Shown here: positions 37,718 to 47,239 of the stretch, in pieces | How positions within the stretch are numbered: the stretch's first letter is position 1 | Layout of the letters: every line of letters starts with the position of its first letter | NCBI GenBank assembly: GCA_964291625.2 | Contig: OZ220089.1 | Coordinates: 3,648,001-3,712,000, forward strand | Source: Candidatus Latescibacterota bacterium | GTDB lineage: Bacteria; Latescibacterota; UBA2968; UBA8231 | Length of the DNA stretch: 64,000 nucleotides | Direction: 5' to 3' | Translations under genes and position numbers: made by a program | The notes under the pieces: generated by a model | Told to the model about the DNA's origin: nothing | The model's database searches: none | What the model saw: only the letters and a program-made list of their open reading frames with translations

Positions 37718-37756
37718 TCTTTACAAAATAGGAATCGAGATCCTGTTTTGTAAAGA
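37718..37756 (-). promoter_or_regulatory. 16-bp-arm inverted repeat containing a probable leaderless sigma70 promoter
   Basis: Minus strand tctttacaaaacagga-tctcgat-tcctattttgtaaaga-ATG; TTTACA-N18-TATTTT ends 7 nt before the ATG. Confidence 0.72.
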
Positions 37757-37830
37757 CGAGGTGGCCCCGCGAGCGGCGAGTGCTGCCCGCGCGGCTGCAG
37801 ATCCCGGCCTGAATCCCCGCCCGCCCGCCG

Positions 37831-38934
37831 CTACTCCACCGGCAGCTGGTACCCCTCCTTCATCACCTCGATCTTCGCCAGCACCGAGGCCTGGCCCTGG
37901 GATCGGTCCCCGTAGGTCACGTAGAGGGTGCGGGACCGCTCGCCGCGGCCGAAGCCGACGTTGGTGGGCAGGGTCGGCGTGGGGATCCAGGCCCGCTCCT
38001 GGCCCTCGGGCGAGTAGACGTAGATCCCGGGGCGGGTCATGTCGCGCACCGCCACGTAGAGGTTGCCCTCCACGTCGCAGACCAGGCCGTCGGGGCCGTC
38101 CTGGGGGGCGTAGTCGACCAGCACCTCGCGGAAGGTGGCGGAGCCGTCCTCGGCCAGGTCGTAGGCCAGCAGTGCCATGCGGCCCTTGGGCGGCGGCGGG
38201 GTGCCCGGCGGAAACCGGTCGAAGGCGGGGCTGCCGTTGTCGTTGGAGACGACGTAGAGGCTCTTCTGGTCCGGCGACACGGCGACGCCGTTGGGCTTGC
38301 CGGCGTCGGTGATGATGCGGGTGATCGAGCCGTCGGGGTCGATGCGGTAGACGCCGAAGACCTCCTGCTCCATTGGCTCGTGGCCGAGGTACTTGGGGTC
38401 GGAGAAGTAGATGCGGCCCTTCTCGTCGAGGGACAGGTCGTTGGGCGCGTTGAGCCGGTAGCCATTGTAGTGGCTGGCGAGGATCACCGACTTGCCGGTG
38501 GCCATGTCGGTGCGCGTCACCCGGCGGCCGCCGTGGTCGGCGCCCTCGCAGGCGATCAGCCGTCCCCGGGCGTCGAACTTCAGGCCGTTGGACATGCCGC
38601 TCGGCGAGCGGAAGACCTCGGTGCGGCCGGTCTCCGGGTCGTAGCGCATGATGTGGCCGGCCTGGGGCGGGTCGCCGGAGACGTGGGTGAAGGTGATGTC
38701 GCTGAAGTAGACGCGGTTGTCGGGGGCCACCGCCGGCCCCTCGCTGAAGAAGGCGCCGTCGTAGAGCACCTCGAGACGGGCCCCCGCGGGCAGGATGTCG
38801 GGGTCGGTCAGCTCGAGGGTTTGCAGCACCGGGGATGCGCCTTCTGGGAAGGTTCCCTGCGCAAAGGCGTCGGGAGCGGCGTGGGCGAGCAGCACGGCGA
38901 GCAGGGATGTCCGGGCGAGCAGTGATCGTCTCAT
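37831..38934 (-). CDS. SMP-30/gluconolactonase/LRE family secreted protein
   Basis: Signal peptide; FSEGP, SNGL, LNAPND, KPNG, GPDG motifs; RBS aaggag. Confidence 0.9.
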   Translation of the reverse strand: MRRSLLARTSLLAVLLAHAAPDAFAQGTFPEGASPVLQTLELTDPDILPAGARLEVLYDGAFFSEGPAVAPDNRVYFSDITFTHVSGDPPQAGHIMRYDPETGRTEVFRSPSGMSNGLKFDARGRLIACEGADHGGRRVTRTDMATGKSVILASHYNGYRLNAPNDLSLDEKGRIYFSDPKYLGHEPMEQEVFGVYRIDPDGSITRIITDAGKPNGVAVSPDQKSLYVVSNDNGSPAFDRFPPGTPPPPKGRMALLAYDLAEDGSATFREVLVDYAPQDGPDGLVCDVEGNLYVAVRDMTRPGIYVYSPEGQERAWIPTPTLPTNVGFGRGERSRTLYVTYGDRSQGQASVLAKIEVMKEGYQLPVE

Positions 38935-39139
38935 GAACTGACTCCTTGGCCGGCGCGCATCAGGGGCGCCTGGGGTGGATCCGCCTATCCGGCGGATGGA
39001 GAGCAGAGGCGGCGGCCTCCGAGGTCCGCCCGGGACCTGAAGACGGGTGCGGGGTCCGAGCCCCGCGATGTTGAGAGGAGCGCCCCCGGTGGACAAGGGG
39101 CATTCGGTCGCGCAGCGGCTCGGCCGAGTGGCGGGCCAC

Positions 39140-39970
39140 TCAGGCCTCCTGCGCGCCGAGCCGGTCGAGCACCCGGCGCAGGGCCGCCGTTGCGGTGGCG
39201 AAGCGCTCGGCGCCGGTGCCGCCGAAGTCGGGGTCGTCGGCCCTCAGGTGGGGCTCGATCGACAGGAAGCCGCTGAAGCCGCGGTCGAGGGCGTCTCCGA
39301 GGACGGCCTCCACCTCGCCGTCGCCGTGACCGGCGGGGACCACCCGGCCGCTGGCGGCGACCTTGTCCTTGATGTGGAACCAGACCACGTGGTCGGCGAG
39401 CCGCTCCCAGGCCTGCCGCGGATCGGAGCCGCAGGTGACGAAGTTCGCCGGGTCGAAGAGGCCGCGCAGGTGGGGGCTGCCCACCGACTCGATCAGGTCG
39501 GCGCAGCGCTCGGGCACGTCGCCGTAGATGCCGCTCTCGTTCTCGTGGACGAGGGTGATCCCCGCCTCGGCGGCGGCGGCCGTCATGCGCCGCATCTGGC
39601 CGATCACCTCGCCGCGCACCTGCTCTGCCTCCTCGCCCTCGTGGCGGAAGGAGAAGACGCGCACGAAGCGGCAGCCGAGCTGATCGGCGCGGCGCAGGGC
39701 GACCTGAAAGCGGGCGAAGTGGGCCTCCAGGTCGGAGCGGATCGGCGTCTTACCGATGGGCGAGCCCACGCTCGACACGTCGATGCCGGCGTCCTCCAGC
39801 CGGCGGCGGAAGGCCGCGGTCTCGTCGTCGGACAGGTCAAGGACGTTGGTCCCGCCGAGGCCCCGGACCTCCACGTGGCGGACCCCCGCGGCGAGCAGGC
39901 CGTCGATCTGCTCCCCGCCGTCGGCGGCGATCTCGTCGGCGAAGCCGGTGATCGTGACCGGGCCCCTCAC
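39140..39970 (-). CDS. Sugar phosphate isomerase/epimerase (xylose isomerase-like TIM barrel)
   Basis: TGFADEI, SPIGK, HENE, FDPANF, FHIKD, SIEPHL. Confidence 0.88.
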   Translation of the reverse strand: MRGPVTITGFADEIAADGGEQIDGLLAAGVRHVEVRGLGGTNVLDLSDDETAAFRRRLEDAGIDVSSVGSPIGKTPIRSDLEAHFARFQVALRRADQLGCRFVRVFSFRHEGEEAEQVRGEVIGQMRRMTAAAAEAGITLVHENESGIYGDVPERCADLIESVGSPHLRGLFDPANFVTCGSDPRQAWERLADHVVWFHIKDKVAASGRVVPAGHGDGEVEAVLGDALDRGFSGFLSIEPHLRADDPDFGGTGAERFATATAALRRVLDRLGAQEA

Positions 39971-41193
39971 GGCGAGCCTTCCGGCGGCCACGGGTCGAGG
40001 CAGGCGCCGCCGGGCGAGGGCGCCGTGGGCCGCCAGCGCAGCTCGTGGAAGGAGCGGTAGGCCACGTCGAGCCAGGGCGTCTCCAGGCGGACGTGGCCCT
40101 CGTAGCGGGAGGTGAGCGCCGCCTCGAGGACGCCGCTGGTCAGCAGGGTGCGCTCCACCGGGTACTGGAACCGGCCGCTGAGGAACATCTCCTCCACGTT
40201 GAGGCCCAGGTAGCTGAAGTGGGCGTAGGCGCCCTCGGAGCCGCCGTGGCCCTGGCACTTGAACCAGGTCGCCTCCACCTCGCCGCCGGAGCGCCGCGAG
40301 GCGTAGGCCAGCTCGGAGAGATAGCCGTTGAGCATGACCACGGCGCCGCGGAAGCCGTCGCGGTACTCCAACAGGAAGAGGGCCGGGTTCTCGCAGTGGT
40401 CCTCCATCTCGCCCGCCTCCTTGCGCCCGCTCCCGTCCACGGTGGCGCACGCCGCCCCGGCCAGCTCCCGCCACCAGGCGCCCTCGCCGCGGCCGTGGGC
40501 CCAGGCCGCCTCGCCCTCCAGGCAGGTGACGGCGGCGACCCCGGTCTCGCCGCCGGCTCGGCGCTCGGCCATGCACTGCAGCACCTCGAGGGTGTGGAAG
40601 CCGTAGATGTCGAGGCCGGAGAACCCCACGGCCACGGCCTCCTGCAGCGGCGTGTCCAGCTCGTGCTCGAGGAAGGGGTCGCGCCAGCAGACGGGCAGCG
40701 AGGAGCCGGCCATGAAGGGAGCCCCCAGTTCGGCGGCGCGGTCGCGCATCCACAGGGCGTCCTGCCAGCGCCAGGACAGGTGCTTGTCGTTGAAGACCGG
40801 CGCCGCCCGGCCGCTGGTGGAGAACACCCCCGTGATCTGCTCCATGAAGTGCCGCCGGGGATAGAGGTGCTGCTCCTTCTCGTTGAAGGCGTAGTCGCCG
40901 TGCTCGCCGATGAGCAGGACCCCGTCCACGGCCAGCTCCCCGGTGCCGAGGGTCAGGGCCTGGACGATGCTGCGGCTCACGGGCACGCCGAAGGCCTCGG
41001 CCGTGGCCAGGCCGATGTCGTTCTCCGCCACCTGGTCCATGTAGAGGGAGACGATCTTCGAGCGCGGCTCGACGAACCCGTCGTCGGTGGGGAATCCGCG
41101 CAGGTACTTGCCGACGATGACGTCGGCGTGGGAACGCGGCCGGTACTCGGTGACGACGGCGGCGATCCTCGGGCTCTCGGTGCCTTCGCTCAC
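39967..41193 (-). CDS. Conserved hypothetical protein, Gfo/Idh/MocA-like oxidoreductase
   Basis: SHADVIV, VDGVLLIGEHGDY, PVFNDKHLS, MAGSSLP, YGFHTLE; RBS aaggag. Confidence 0.75.
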   Translation of the reverse strand: MSEGTESPRIAAVVTEYRPRSHADVIVGKYLRGFPTDDGFVEPRSKIVSLYMDQVAENDIGLATAEAFGVPVSRSIVQALTLGTGELAVDGVLLIGEHGDYAFNEKEQHLYPRRHFMEQITGVFSTSGRAAPVFNDKHLSWRWQDALWMRDRAAELGAPFMAGSSLPVCWRDPFLEHELDTPLQEAVAVGFSGLDIYGFHTLEVLQCMAERRAGGETGVAAVTCLEGEAAWAHGRGEGAWWRELAGAACATVDGSGRKEAGEMEDHCENPALFLLEYRDGFRGAVVMLNGYLSELAYASRRSGGEVEATWFKCQGHGGSEGAYAHFSYLGLNVEEMFLSGRFQYPVERTLLTSGVLEAALTSRYEGHVRLETPWLDVAYRSFHELRWRPTAPSPGGACLDPWPPEGSP

Positions 41194-41215
41194 GGGCGGT
41201 CCTCTCCTTGGTGTG

Positions 41216-42169
41216 TCAGGAAGCGGCGAGGGCCGCCAGCAGGGCGCGCAGGTAGCCAATGGAGTAGGCCAGCCCCTGGTGCACGCCCTCGCCGTCGCCC
41301 TCCACCTGGGGGATGTGGTCCGGGTTGATGCAGCCGTCGAAGCCGACCCGGCGCAGCTCGAGGAGGATCTTGAACATGTTGATGTCGCCGTCGTCGAGCA
41401 GGGTCTCCTCGAAGGCGCCCGCCGTGGCCAGGGAGCCGCGGACGTTGCGCATGTGCAGGGTGAAGAGGCGGCCCTTGCGGCCGTAGTTGTGAATCTCGTC
41501 GAGCACGAGGGGGCCGCCGCCGGCCTGGGCGCGGGTGCCGCAGCAGTAGAGGTAGCCCACCTGCCGCGACGGGAAGGCGTCGATGATGCGGTGAAAGCCC
41601 AGCCCGCCGAAGGGGGTGTCCACGTTGGGCACGTCCGAGGGGTGCATGGCCAGCCGGATGCCGCGCTCTTCGGCAATCGGCACGAGGCGCCCGTAAAGGA
41701 GGAGGAACCGCTCCCACCAGCGGTCCAGGGCCTCGCGGTCCGGCGCCGGCTCGGGATCGCGGGCCAGGGTCTCGCCCCGGGAGCGGTAGCCGCCCCGGTG
41801 CACGGCGCGGTAGCGGCTCATGAGCCACGGGAAGGTGTCGCCCGCCACCCGCTGACGGGCGATCGGCGCTCCGGCCTCGGCGAAGGCCTCCAAGGCCCGG
41901 CAGGTGTTGTCCAGCTCGCGCTCGGCGCCGGCGCCCCCGGAGAAGAACTCCTCGGTGATGTCGGGCAGGGTGACGCGGTTGATGTCGAGGCCGAAGTCGC
42001 GGACTCGGCGGCGGATGGCCCGCACCTGCCCGGCGTCGGGGTAGCCCTGCTCCTTCACCCCCGGCCAGAAGGCGCCCTGCCCGAAGTCGAGGCAGTCGGC
42101 GCCGAGCTGGGTAACCAGGCGCAGGTAGCTGTCGGAGAGGTCGCCGTGCCAGACGGAGATACGTATCAT
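41216..42169 (-). CDS. Mannonate dehydratase (UxuA)-like protein
   Basis: LAMHPSDVP, LHMRNVRG, FEETLLDDGDINM, PDHIP, AYSIGYLRAL. Confidence 0.8.
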   Translation of the reverse strand: MIRISVWHGDLSDSYLRLVTQLGADCLDFGQGAFWPGVKEQGYPDAGQVRAIRRRVRDFGLDINRVTLPDITEEFFSGGAGAERELDNTCRALEAFAEAGAPIARQRVAGDTFPWLMSRYRAVHRGGYRSRGETLARDPEPAPDREALDRWWERFLLLYGRLVPIAEERGIRLAMHPSDVPNVDTPFGGLGFHRIIDAFPSRQVGYLYCCGTRAQAGGGPLVLDEIHNYGRKGRLFTLHMRNVRGSLATAGAFEETLLDDGDINMFKILLELRRVGFDGCINPDHIPQVEGDGEGVHQGLAYSIGYLRALLAALAAS

Positions 42170-42274
42170 GGTGGCAGTCCGGAAAGGGTCAACGCCGGCG
42201 GCGGAATAATGGGAGCCCCGGGCTTCTTCGCAACCCCGGCGGTCTGGTGACCCCCGGTTCTGGAGGAGGGCAGG

Positions 42275-44332
42275 ATGACAAGTACGCGCGCGTATCGGAT
42301 CCCGGCCGTTTTGCTGGCGTGGGTGATTCTCCGAGGACAGGTACCCGGCTTCGCCGAGACCGGAGAGGACAGGATCTACTGGGCCGACATGAACGGGATC
42401 TACTGGTCCGACCTGAAGGAAGGCAACACGCAACGCATCGTCAGCGCGGATACGAGGCGCCCCGGCAAGATCGCCGTCGATGTGGCCGGAGGGAAGATGT
42501 ACTGGATCGACAAGAGAGGCGAGACGATCCAGCGGTCGGACCTGGATGGCTCCAACAGCGAGTGGCTGATTGGACCCCAGGGCTACGGATCTGCGAACGA
42601 CCTCGATCTGGATCTGGATCGGAGAAAGATCTACTTCTCGACCCGCACCACCAATACCGACGCCGTGGCCGGCGGGGTCTATCGAGCCAATCTCGACGGC
42701 TCGGATATCGAGCTTCTGGAGATGGGGTGGCCCAGAACCTTGCTGGTGGATTCGGCAAGAGATCTCGTGTACCTGACGGATGGGTACGGCATCTATCTGC
42801 TCGATCGGGAAGGACACGAGTACGTCCTCGAGTCAAGATCCACGCGGTCCCAGAGGGACGTGGCACTGGATCTGGTCAACGACAAGGTCTATTGGACGGA
42901 CCCGGAGGAGCGCGCCATCCGCCGATCGGACCGCGATGGTTCCAACGTGGAGGATGTCCTGACCGAACTGGCGGATACTCCGGGAGAGATCGCCCTCGAC
43001 CCCGAAGGGGGCAAAGTTTACTGGACGCTCCTGTACGACGCAGGCTACCGCTACGAGAGCTATGGGGGCCTTCGGCGAGCCAACCTCGACGGTTCCGATG
43101 TGGAGCATGTCGTGGATCGGGGAGAGGTGGTTGGCTTCATCCTCGACCTGGAGGGAGGCAAGGTCTATTGGACCGACGCCCGTGGCACCATTCATCGAGC
43201 CGAATTCGACGGCACCGGGGTCGAGGATCTCTTCGCCCCCTTGGTGAGAGCTCCCTACTCCGTGGCATTGGACCAGACGGAGGGGAGGATCTACTGGAGT
43301 GACGTGCTGACAGGTTCCATCCAAAGAGCAGGTCTGGATGGCTCAAGCCCGGAGATCGCGGTCGGGGAATTGAGGAGGCCCAGGGGCATCGTCCTCGATG
43401 GAGACAGACTCTACTGGGCGGACTCCGGGACCGGGAAGATCCAGTCGGCCGATCTGAAGGGTGCCAGTGTGATGGACATCGCTACGGAACTGGATGACCC
43501 TGACAAAGTGGCCGTGGACCCGGCTCACCGCAGAATCTACTGGACAGAGCCGGGGAGGTCCCTGATCCGCCGGGCCGATCTGGATGGAACCCACATCGAG
43601 GAATATCCAGTCGAGTCTGCCCCTGACGGATTGGCCTTGGACGTTGCCGGCGGGAAGATGTACTGGACACGGACGAAAGGCCGGATAGGCGGCCATGACC
43701 GTCCAACGGGGATCAGCCGCTCCAGCCTGGACGGTACGGACGTGGAGCACCTTTCCGGTGACATCGAGAACGTGGAAGTCGTTGGCGATCTCTGGGTCCA
43801 TGATTTCAGGGCCGTGGCCTTGGACCCCGCTGGCGGCAAGATCTACTGGACCTCCGTGAACAATCCACCTGTAGTCAGCCCCTACACCTTGTGGGCCTAT
43901 CGAGCCAACCTTGACGGGTCTGGCGCCGAGAGAATGCTGGTGCTCCAGGACCACTGGGGGTATCAGCGATCAGGGCTCAAGGTTTGGCCACCTGCTCTCA
44001 TGGGGAACGCCCTGGCCCTGGACTTTTCCCGCCGGACCGCGGTATCCGCTGGAAACAGCGTTCCCCTCTCCACCACTCTCCTTACCAGCTACCCGAATCC
44101 CTTCAACGCCTCCACCCTGATCTCCTACACCCTCGCGGCCTCCGGCCCCGTCAGCCTGATCATCTACAACACCCTCGGCCAGCCGGTCCAAACCCTCATC
44201 GACAAGATCCAGGTCCCCGGCCGCTACAGCGTCCCCTGGCAGCCCGCGGAGGCCCTGGCCAGCGGCGTCTACCTCTATCGCCTGACCACCCCCGGCGCCG
44301 TCCTCACCCGCAGGCTCGCCCTCGTCCGTTGA
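42275..44332 (+). CDS. Secreted LDL-receptor class B (YWTD) repeat protein with C-terminal FlgD/T9SS-CTD-like domain
   Basis: Signal peptide; about a dozen [KR][IMV]YW repeats with RA.LDG; SYPNPFNAST...LASGVYLYRL...RRLALVR. Confidence 0.9.
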   Translation: MTSTRAYRIPAVLLAWVILRGQVPGFAETGEDRIYWADMNGIYWSDLKEGNTQRIVSADTRRPGKIAVDVAGGKMYWIDKRGETIQRSDLDGSNSEWLIGPQGYGSANDLDLDLDRRKIYFSTRTTNTDAVAGGVYRANLDGSDIELLEMGWPRTLLVDSARDLVYLTDGYGIYLLDREGHEYVLESRSTRSQRDVALDLVNDKVYWTDPEERAIRRSDRDGSNVEDVLTELADTPGEIALDPEGGKVYWTLLYDAGYRYESYGGLRRANLDGSDVEHVVDRGEVVGFILDLEGGKVYWTDARGTIHRAEFDGTGVEDLFAPLVRAPYSVALDQTEGRIYWSDVLTGSIQRAGLDGSSPEIAVGELRRPRGIVLDGDRLYWADSGTGKIQSADLKGASVMDIATELDDPDKVAVDPAHRRIYWTEPGRSLIRRADLDGTHIEEYPVESAPDGLALDVAGGKMYWTRTKGRIGGHDRPTGISRSSLDGTDVEHLSGDIENVEVVGDLWVHDFRAVALDPAGGKIYWTSVNNPPVVSPYTLWAYRANLDGSGAERMLVLQDHWGYQRSGLKVWPPALMGNALALDFSRRTAVSAGNSVPLSTTLLTSYPNPFNASTLISYTLAASGPVSLIIYNTLGQPVQTLIDKIQVPGRYSVPWQPAEALASGVYLYRLTTPGAVLTRRLALVR

Positions 44333-44334
44333 GC

Positions 44335-44760
44335 GTGAGCCGCCGCCAGGAGTACCCCTTCGAGATCGAGCTCGAGGTGCGGGACTACGAGTGCGACCTG
44401 CAGGGGGTGGTCAACAACGCCGTGTACCTCAACTACCTCGAGCACGCCCGCCACCGCTGCCTGCTGGAGACGGGGCTGGACTTCGCCCGCCTCCACCAGC
44501 AGGGCTGCGACTTGGTGCTCATGCGCTCGGAGGTCGACTACCTCTCTCCGCTCAGGTCGGGGGACCGCTTCGTCGTCGCCTCGCGCCTGGGGCGCGGCGG
44601 CCGCGTCCGCTGGATCTTCGACCAGGAGATCTTCCGCCTGCCCGAGGGCGAGTCCGTGGTGCGGGCGCGCATGGAGGGGACCGGCGTCATCGGTGGGCGG
44701 CCGCGACTGACGCCGGAGGTGCAGGCCCTGCTGGACGCGGCCGGGGAGGCCGCCCCTTGA
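44335..44760 (+). CDS. Acyl-CoA thioesterase (YbgC/FadM family)
   Basis: VRDYECDLQGVVNNAVYLNYLEHAR. Confidence 0.9.
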   Translation: MSRRQEYPFEIELEVRDYECDLQGVVNNAVYLNYLEHARHRCLLETGLDFARLHQQGCDLVLMRSEVDYLSPLRSGDRFVVASRLGRGGRVRWIFDQEIFRLPEGESVVRARMEGTGVIGGRPRLTPEVQALLDAAGEAAP

Positions 44761-44777
44761 GCCTCGTGCGGCCGCCT

Positions 44778-45539
44778 TCAGATGCGCCCGGGGATCGAGC
44801 GGCCCCGGGCGAGGATGGCGTCGCTGCGGCCCTGGCCGGTGAAGCGGCAATGGGCGCTGACGTAGTGGGTGGCGTATCCCCAGCGGCGCAGGCCGGTGGT
44901 GTTCGGACGGCTGCTGTGCAGGATGTGGCCGTGGTGGAAGCTGCAGTCGCCGGCGGCCAGCTCCACCGGCCGTTCCTCCGGCAGCTCGCCGGCCAGGGAA
45001 CGGCGCTCGAGCTCCCGCCAGCGCTCCTGCTCGATCCAGCCGTGGCGGTGGCTGCCCGGCAGCATCCACAGACAGCCGTTGGGGATGGTGGCCTCGTCCA
45101 GCGCCGCCCAGCAGGTGACCATGCGGTCGGGCGGGTCCACGTGGAAGCCGAGGGGCTGGTCCTGGTGGTAGGCCTGCCGCGAGCCGATGCGGGGCGGCTT
45201 CATGAACAGCTGGTCCTGGTAGAGCTTGATGTCGGGCCCGAGGAGGGACTCCACGCAGTCGAGGATGCGGGGGTTCAGGGCGTGGGTGCGGAAGACGCCG
45301 TCCACGAAGGCGAGGTGGCTCATCTTCCTCAGGGCGTTGGCCCGGTCGCCGGCCTCGGCCTCGCCGGCGGCCACCGCGGGCTCGACCTGGAGCTGGGTGG
45401 GATCGACGTGGGCCGCCTCCCCCCGCGACACCCGCTCGGCGCGGGCCTTCATGACTTCCACGTCCGCCGGGCCGAGCAGTCCCCGCACGATGAGGAACCC
45501 GTCCTCCCGGAAGCTCTCGACCTGACTCTCCGTCAGCAT
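44778..45539 (-). CDS. PhyH family dioxygenase
   Basis: FMKPP, YHQD, WAALDEATIPNGCL..LPGSH, LHSS..N. Confidence 0.9.
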   Translation of the reverse strand: MLTESQVESFREDGFLIVRGLLGPADVEVMKARAERVSRGEAAHVDPTQLQVEPAVAAGEAEAGDRANALRKMSHLAFVDGVFRTHALNPRILDCVESLLGPDIKLYQDQLFMKPPRIGSRQAYHQDQPLGFHVDPPDRMVTCWAALDEATIPNGCLWMLPGSHRHGWIEQERWRELERRSLAGELPEERPVELAAGDCSFHHGHILHSSRPNTTGLRRWGYATHYVSAHCRFTGQGRSDAILARGRSIPGRI

Positions 45540-45595
45540 GACTCTCTCCCCGTGGCGGCCGGGAAGATAGCCCCGGACCGCCGGAGGTCCATCCC

Positions 45596-46747
45596 ATGAC
45601 CGTTCCGGACTTCGAGCGCGTGCGGGACGACTTCCCGCGGGCGCGCACCGCCGCCTACTTCGACAACGCCTCCTCCCACCCCATCAGCGTCCGCACGTCC
45701 GCGGCCCTGCACCGCTACGTGGACTGGGTCGCTCACAACGTGGGCGATCCCTGGTGGCCGGACTGGGCGCCGCCCCGCGACGAGGCCCGCCGTCTCTTCG
45801 CCCGCCTGATCCACGCCGACCCGGCCGAGATCGCCTTCGCCCGCAGCACCGTGGAGGCCGAGAGCAACCTGCTCAACGGCATGGCCGATCACCTGGCCGG
45901 CGGCAACGTCGTCACCAACGACCTGGCCTTCTCCGCGTGCCTCTGCAACTACAAGGTGAGGGAGGCCGCCGGTCTGGAAGTGCGCATCGTGCGCAACCAC
46001 GACTGGCGCATCGACATGGACGCCATGGCCGCGGCCATCGACGCCGACACGCGCCTGGTCTCGGTCGCCCTCGTCTCCAACGTCAACGGCCTCCTCGCCG
46101 ACGTGCGAACCCTCAGCGAGCTGGCCCACGCCCGCGGCGCCTTCCTCTACGCCGACATCATGCAGGCCGCCGGCGCCGTGCCCATCGACGTGGGCGCCAT
46201 GGGCATCGACATGGCCGCGTGCTCGACCTTCAAGTGGCTCATGGGGGTGAAGGGCTTCGGCTTCCTCTACGTGCGGCGGGACCTGCAGCACTCGGTGGTC
46301 AAGGCGTCGCAGCCTTCCGGCTCGGTCCGCCTCAACTACCCGCCCTGGACGGATGGGGGTGACGGGCGGCCCGAAGTCAGCGTCATGACCCGGGACGATG
46401 CCACGGCCTGGGAGGTGAGCTATGCCTCCTACGAAGGCCTGATCGCCGCCCAGCAGAGCCTGCGCTACATCCTCGACCTCGGGGTGGAGAACATCCGCGG
46501 CCATGTGCGCAGTCTCACCGACCGCCTGCAGGAGGAACTGCCTGCCAGGGGCTATCGGCCGATGACGCCGCGAGGCAACGAGAGCCCCATCCTCGCCTTC
46601 GCCGCGCCCGACCCCGAGGCGGCCGTGCGCCGCACCCGCGAGGCTGGCGTTCATGTGGCGATGCGCTTTGGTGACAAGCTGCGGCTGTCGCCCTCGGTCT
46701 ACAACAACCAGGAAGACGTGAGCCGCCTCATCGAGGCGTTGCCCTGA
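45596..46747 (+). CDS. Class V PLP-dependent aminotransferase/desulfurase-like protein
   Basis: YFDNAS, YADIMQAAG, STFKWLMG, RLSPSVYN. Confidence 0.88.
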   Translation: MTVPDFERVRDDFPRARTAAYFDNASSHPISVRTSAALHRYVDWVAHNVGDPWWPDWAPPRDEARRLFARLIHADPAEIAFARSTVEAESNLLNGMADHLAGGNVVTNDLAFSACLCNYKVREAAGLEVRIVRNHDWRIDMDAMAAAIDADTRLVSVALVSNVNGLLADVRTLSELAHARGAFLYADIMQAAGAVPIDVGAMGIDMAACSTFKWLMGVKGFGFLYVRRDLQHSVVKASQPSGSVRLNYPPWTDGGDGRPEVSVMTRDDATAWEVSYASYEGLIAAQQSLRYILDLGVENIRGHVRSLTDRLQEELPARGYRPMTPRGNESPILAFAAPDPEAAVRRTREAGVHVAMRFGDKLRLSPSVYNNQEDVSRLIEALP

Positions 46748-46756
46748 GCGGCCCTC

Positions 46757-46951
46757 TCAGGGACTTCCCTCTTCGACTTCTTCCTGCTTCTCGGCCAGTC
46801 CCACGGCGAGCAGGGCAAGGACGGGGAATACGAGTCCCAGAACGAACCACTCGTCGCCGCTCCGGTTCTTCGTCCTGGCTACGAAGCGGGAGAAGAAGGC
46901 CGAGGCGAGCCAGAAGGCGATGGCTGGTGCCAGTCCCAGGTTGAGATCCAT
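46757..46951 (-). CDS. Small two-TM membrane protein
   Basis: RBS gaggag; MDLNLGLAPAIAFWLASAFFSRFVARTKNRSGDEWFVLGLVFPVLALLAVG (A..KNRS...WF.LG pattern). Confidence 0.75.
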   Translation of the reverse strand: MDLNLGLAPAIAFWLASAFFSRFVARTKNRSGDEWFVLGLVFPVLALLAVGLAEKQEEVEEGSP

Positions 46952-46992
46952 TTGCTCCTCTCCGGGGTCGGAGGTTTGCGGTCCACGACGGG

Positions 46993-47087
46993 CGTCCGCC
47001 GGCGGACACTGGTGTGCGGCAACGGTCACCCTCGGCGCCCGCCCCAGGCAGGCGCTCGGGAGAGCCGGGTCTGGCATGGAGGTTGCA
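46993..47087 (+). promoter_or_regulatory. sigma54 promoter with upstream tandem enhancer-like sites
   Basis: TGGCATG-gagg-TTGCA at 47072-47087; cGT-N10-ACA (palindrome gtccgccggcggac) at 46993-47008 and TGT-N10-TCA at 47013-47028. Confidence 0.75.
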
Positions 47088-47130
47088 ATGGTGAGGGCGA
47101 CGACTCACCACCTTCCGCAAGGAGGACATC

Positions 47131-47217
47131 ATGCAGACCTTCCGCCGCGCCGCCGAGATCGCAGCTCCCGTCGCCATCGTCGTGTGCTTCCTCGGCCCGT
47201 TCTTTGTCGGCGCCTGA
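47131..47217 (+). CDS. 28-aa hydrophobic peptide MQTFRRAAEIAAPVAIVVCFLGPFFVGA
   Basis: RBS aaggagg, sigma54 promoter upstream, clear paralogue at 60495; absent from the ORF track. Confidence 0.75.
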   Translation: MQTFRRAAEIAAPVAIVVCFLGPFFVGA

Positions 47218-47239
47218 TCAGCGAGGGGCTCGGCAACGC

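Noticed and set aside
38940-39135. Intergenic region with ggagag and hairpins as a possible glycine riboswitch
   Set aside because: Conserved core is incomplete and it lies on the wrong strand for the downstream gene.
47131-47217. The peptides as Flp pilins or RiPP precursors
   Set aside because: No prepilin G|xxxxEY motif, no double-glycine leader and no adjacent modification enzymes; kept as an unassigned family.
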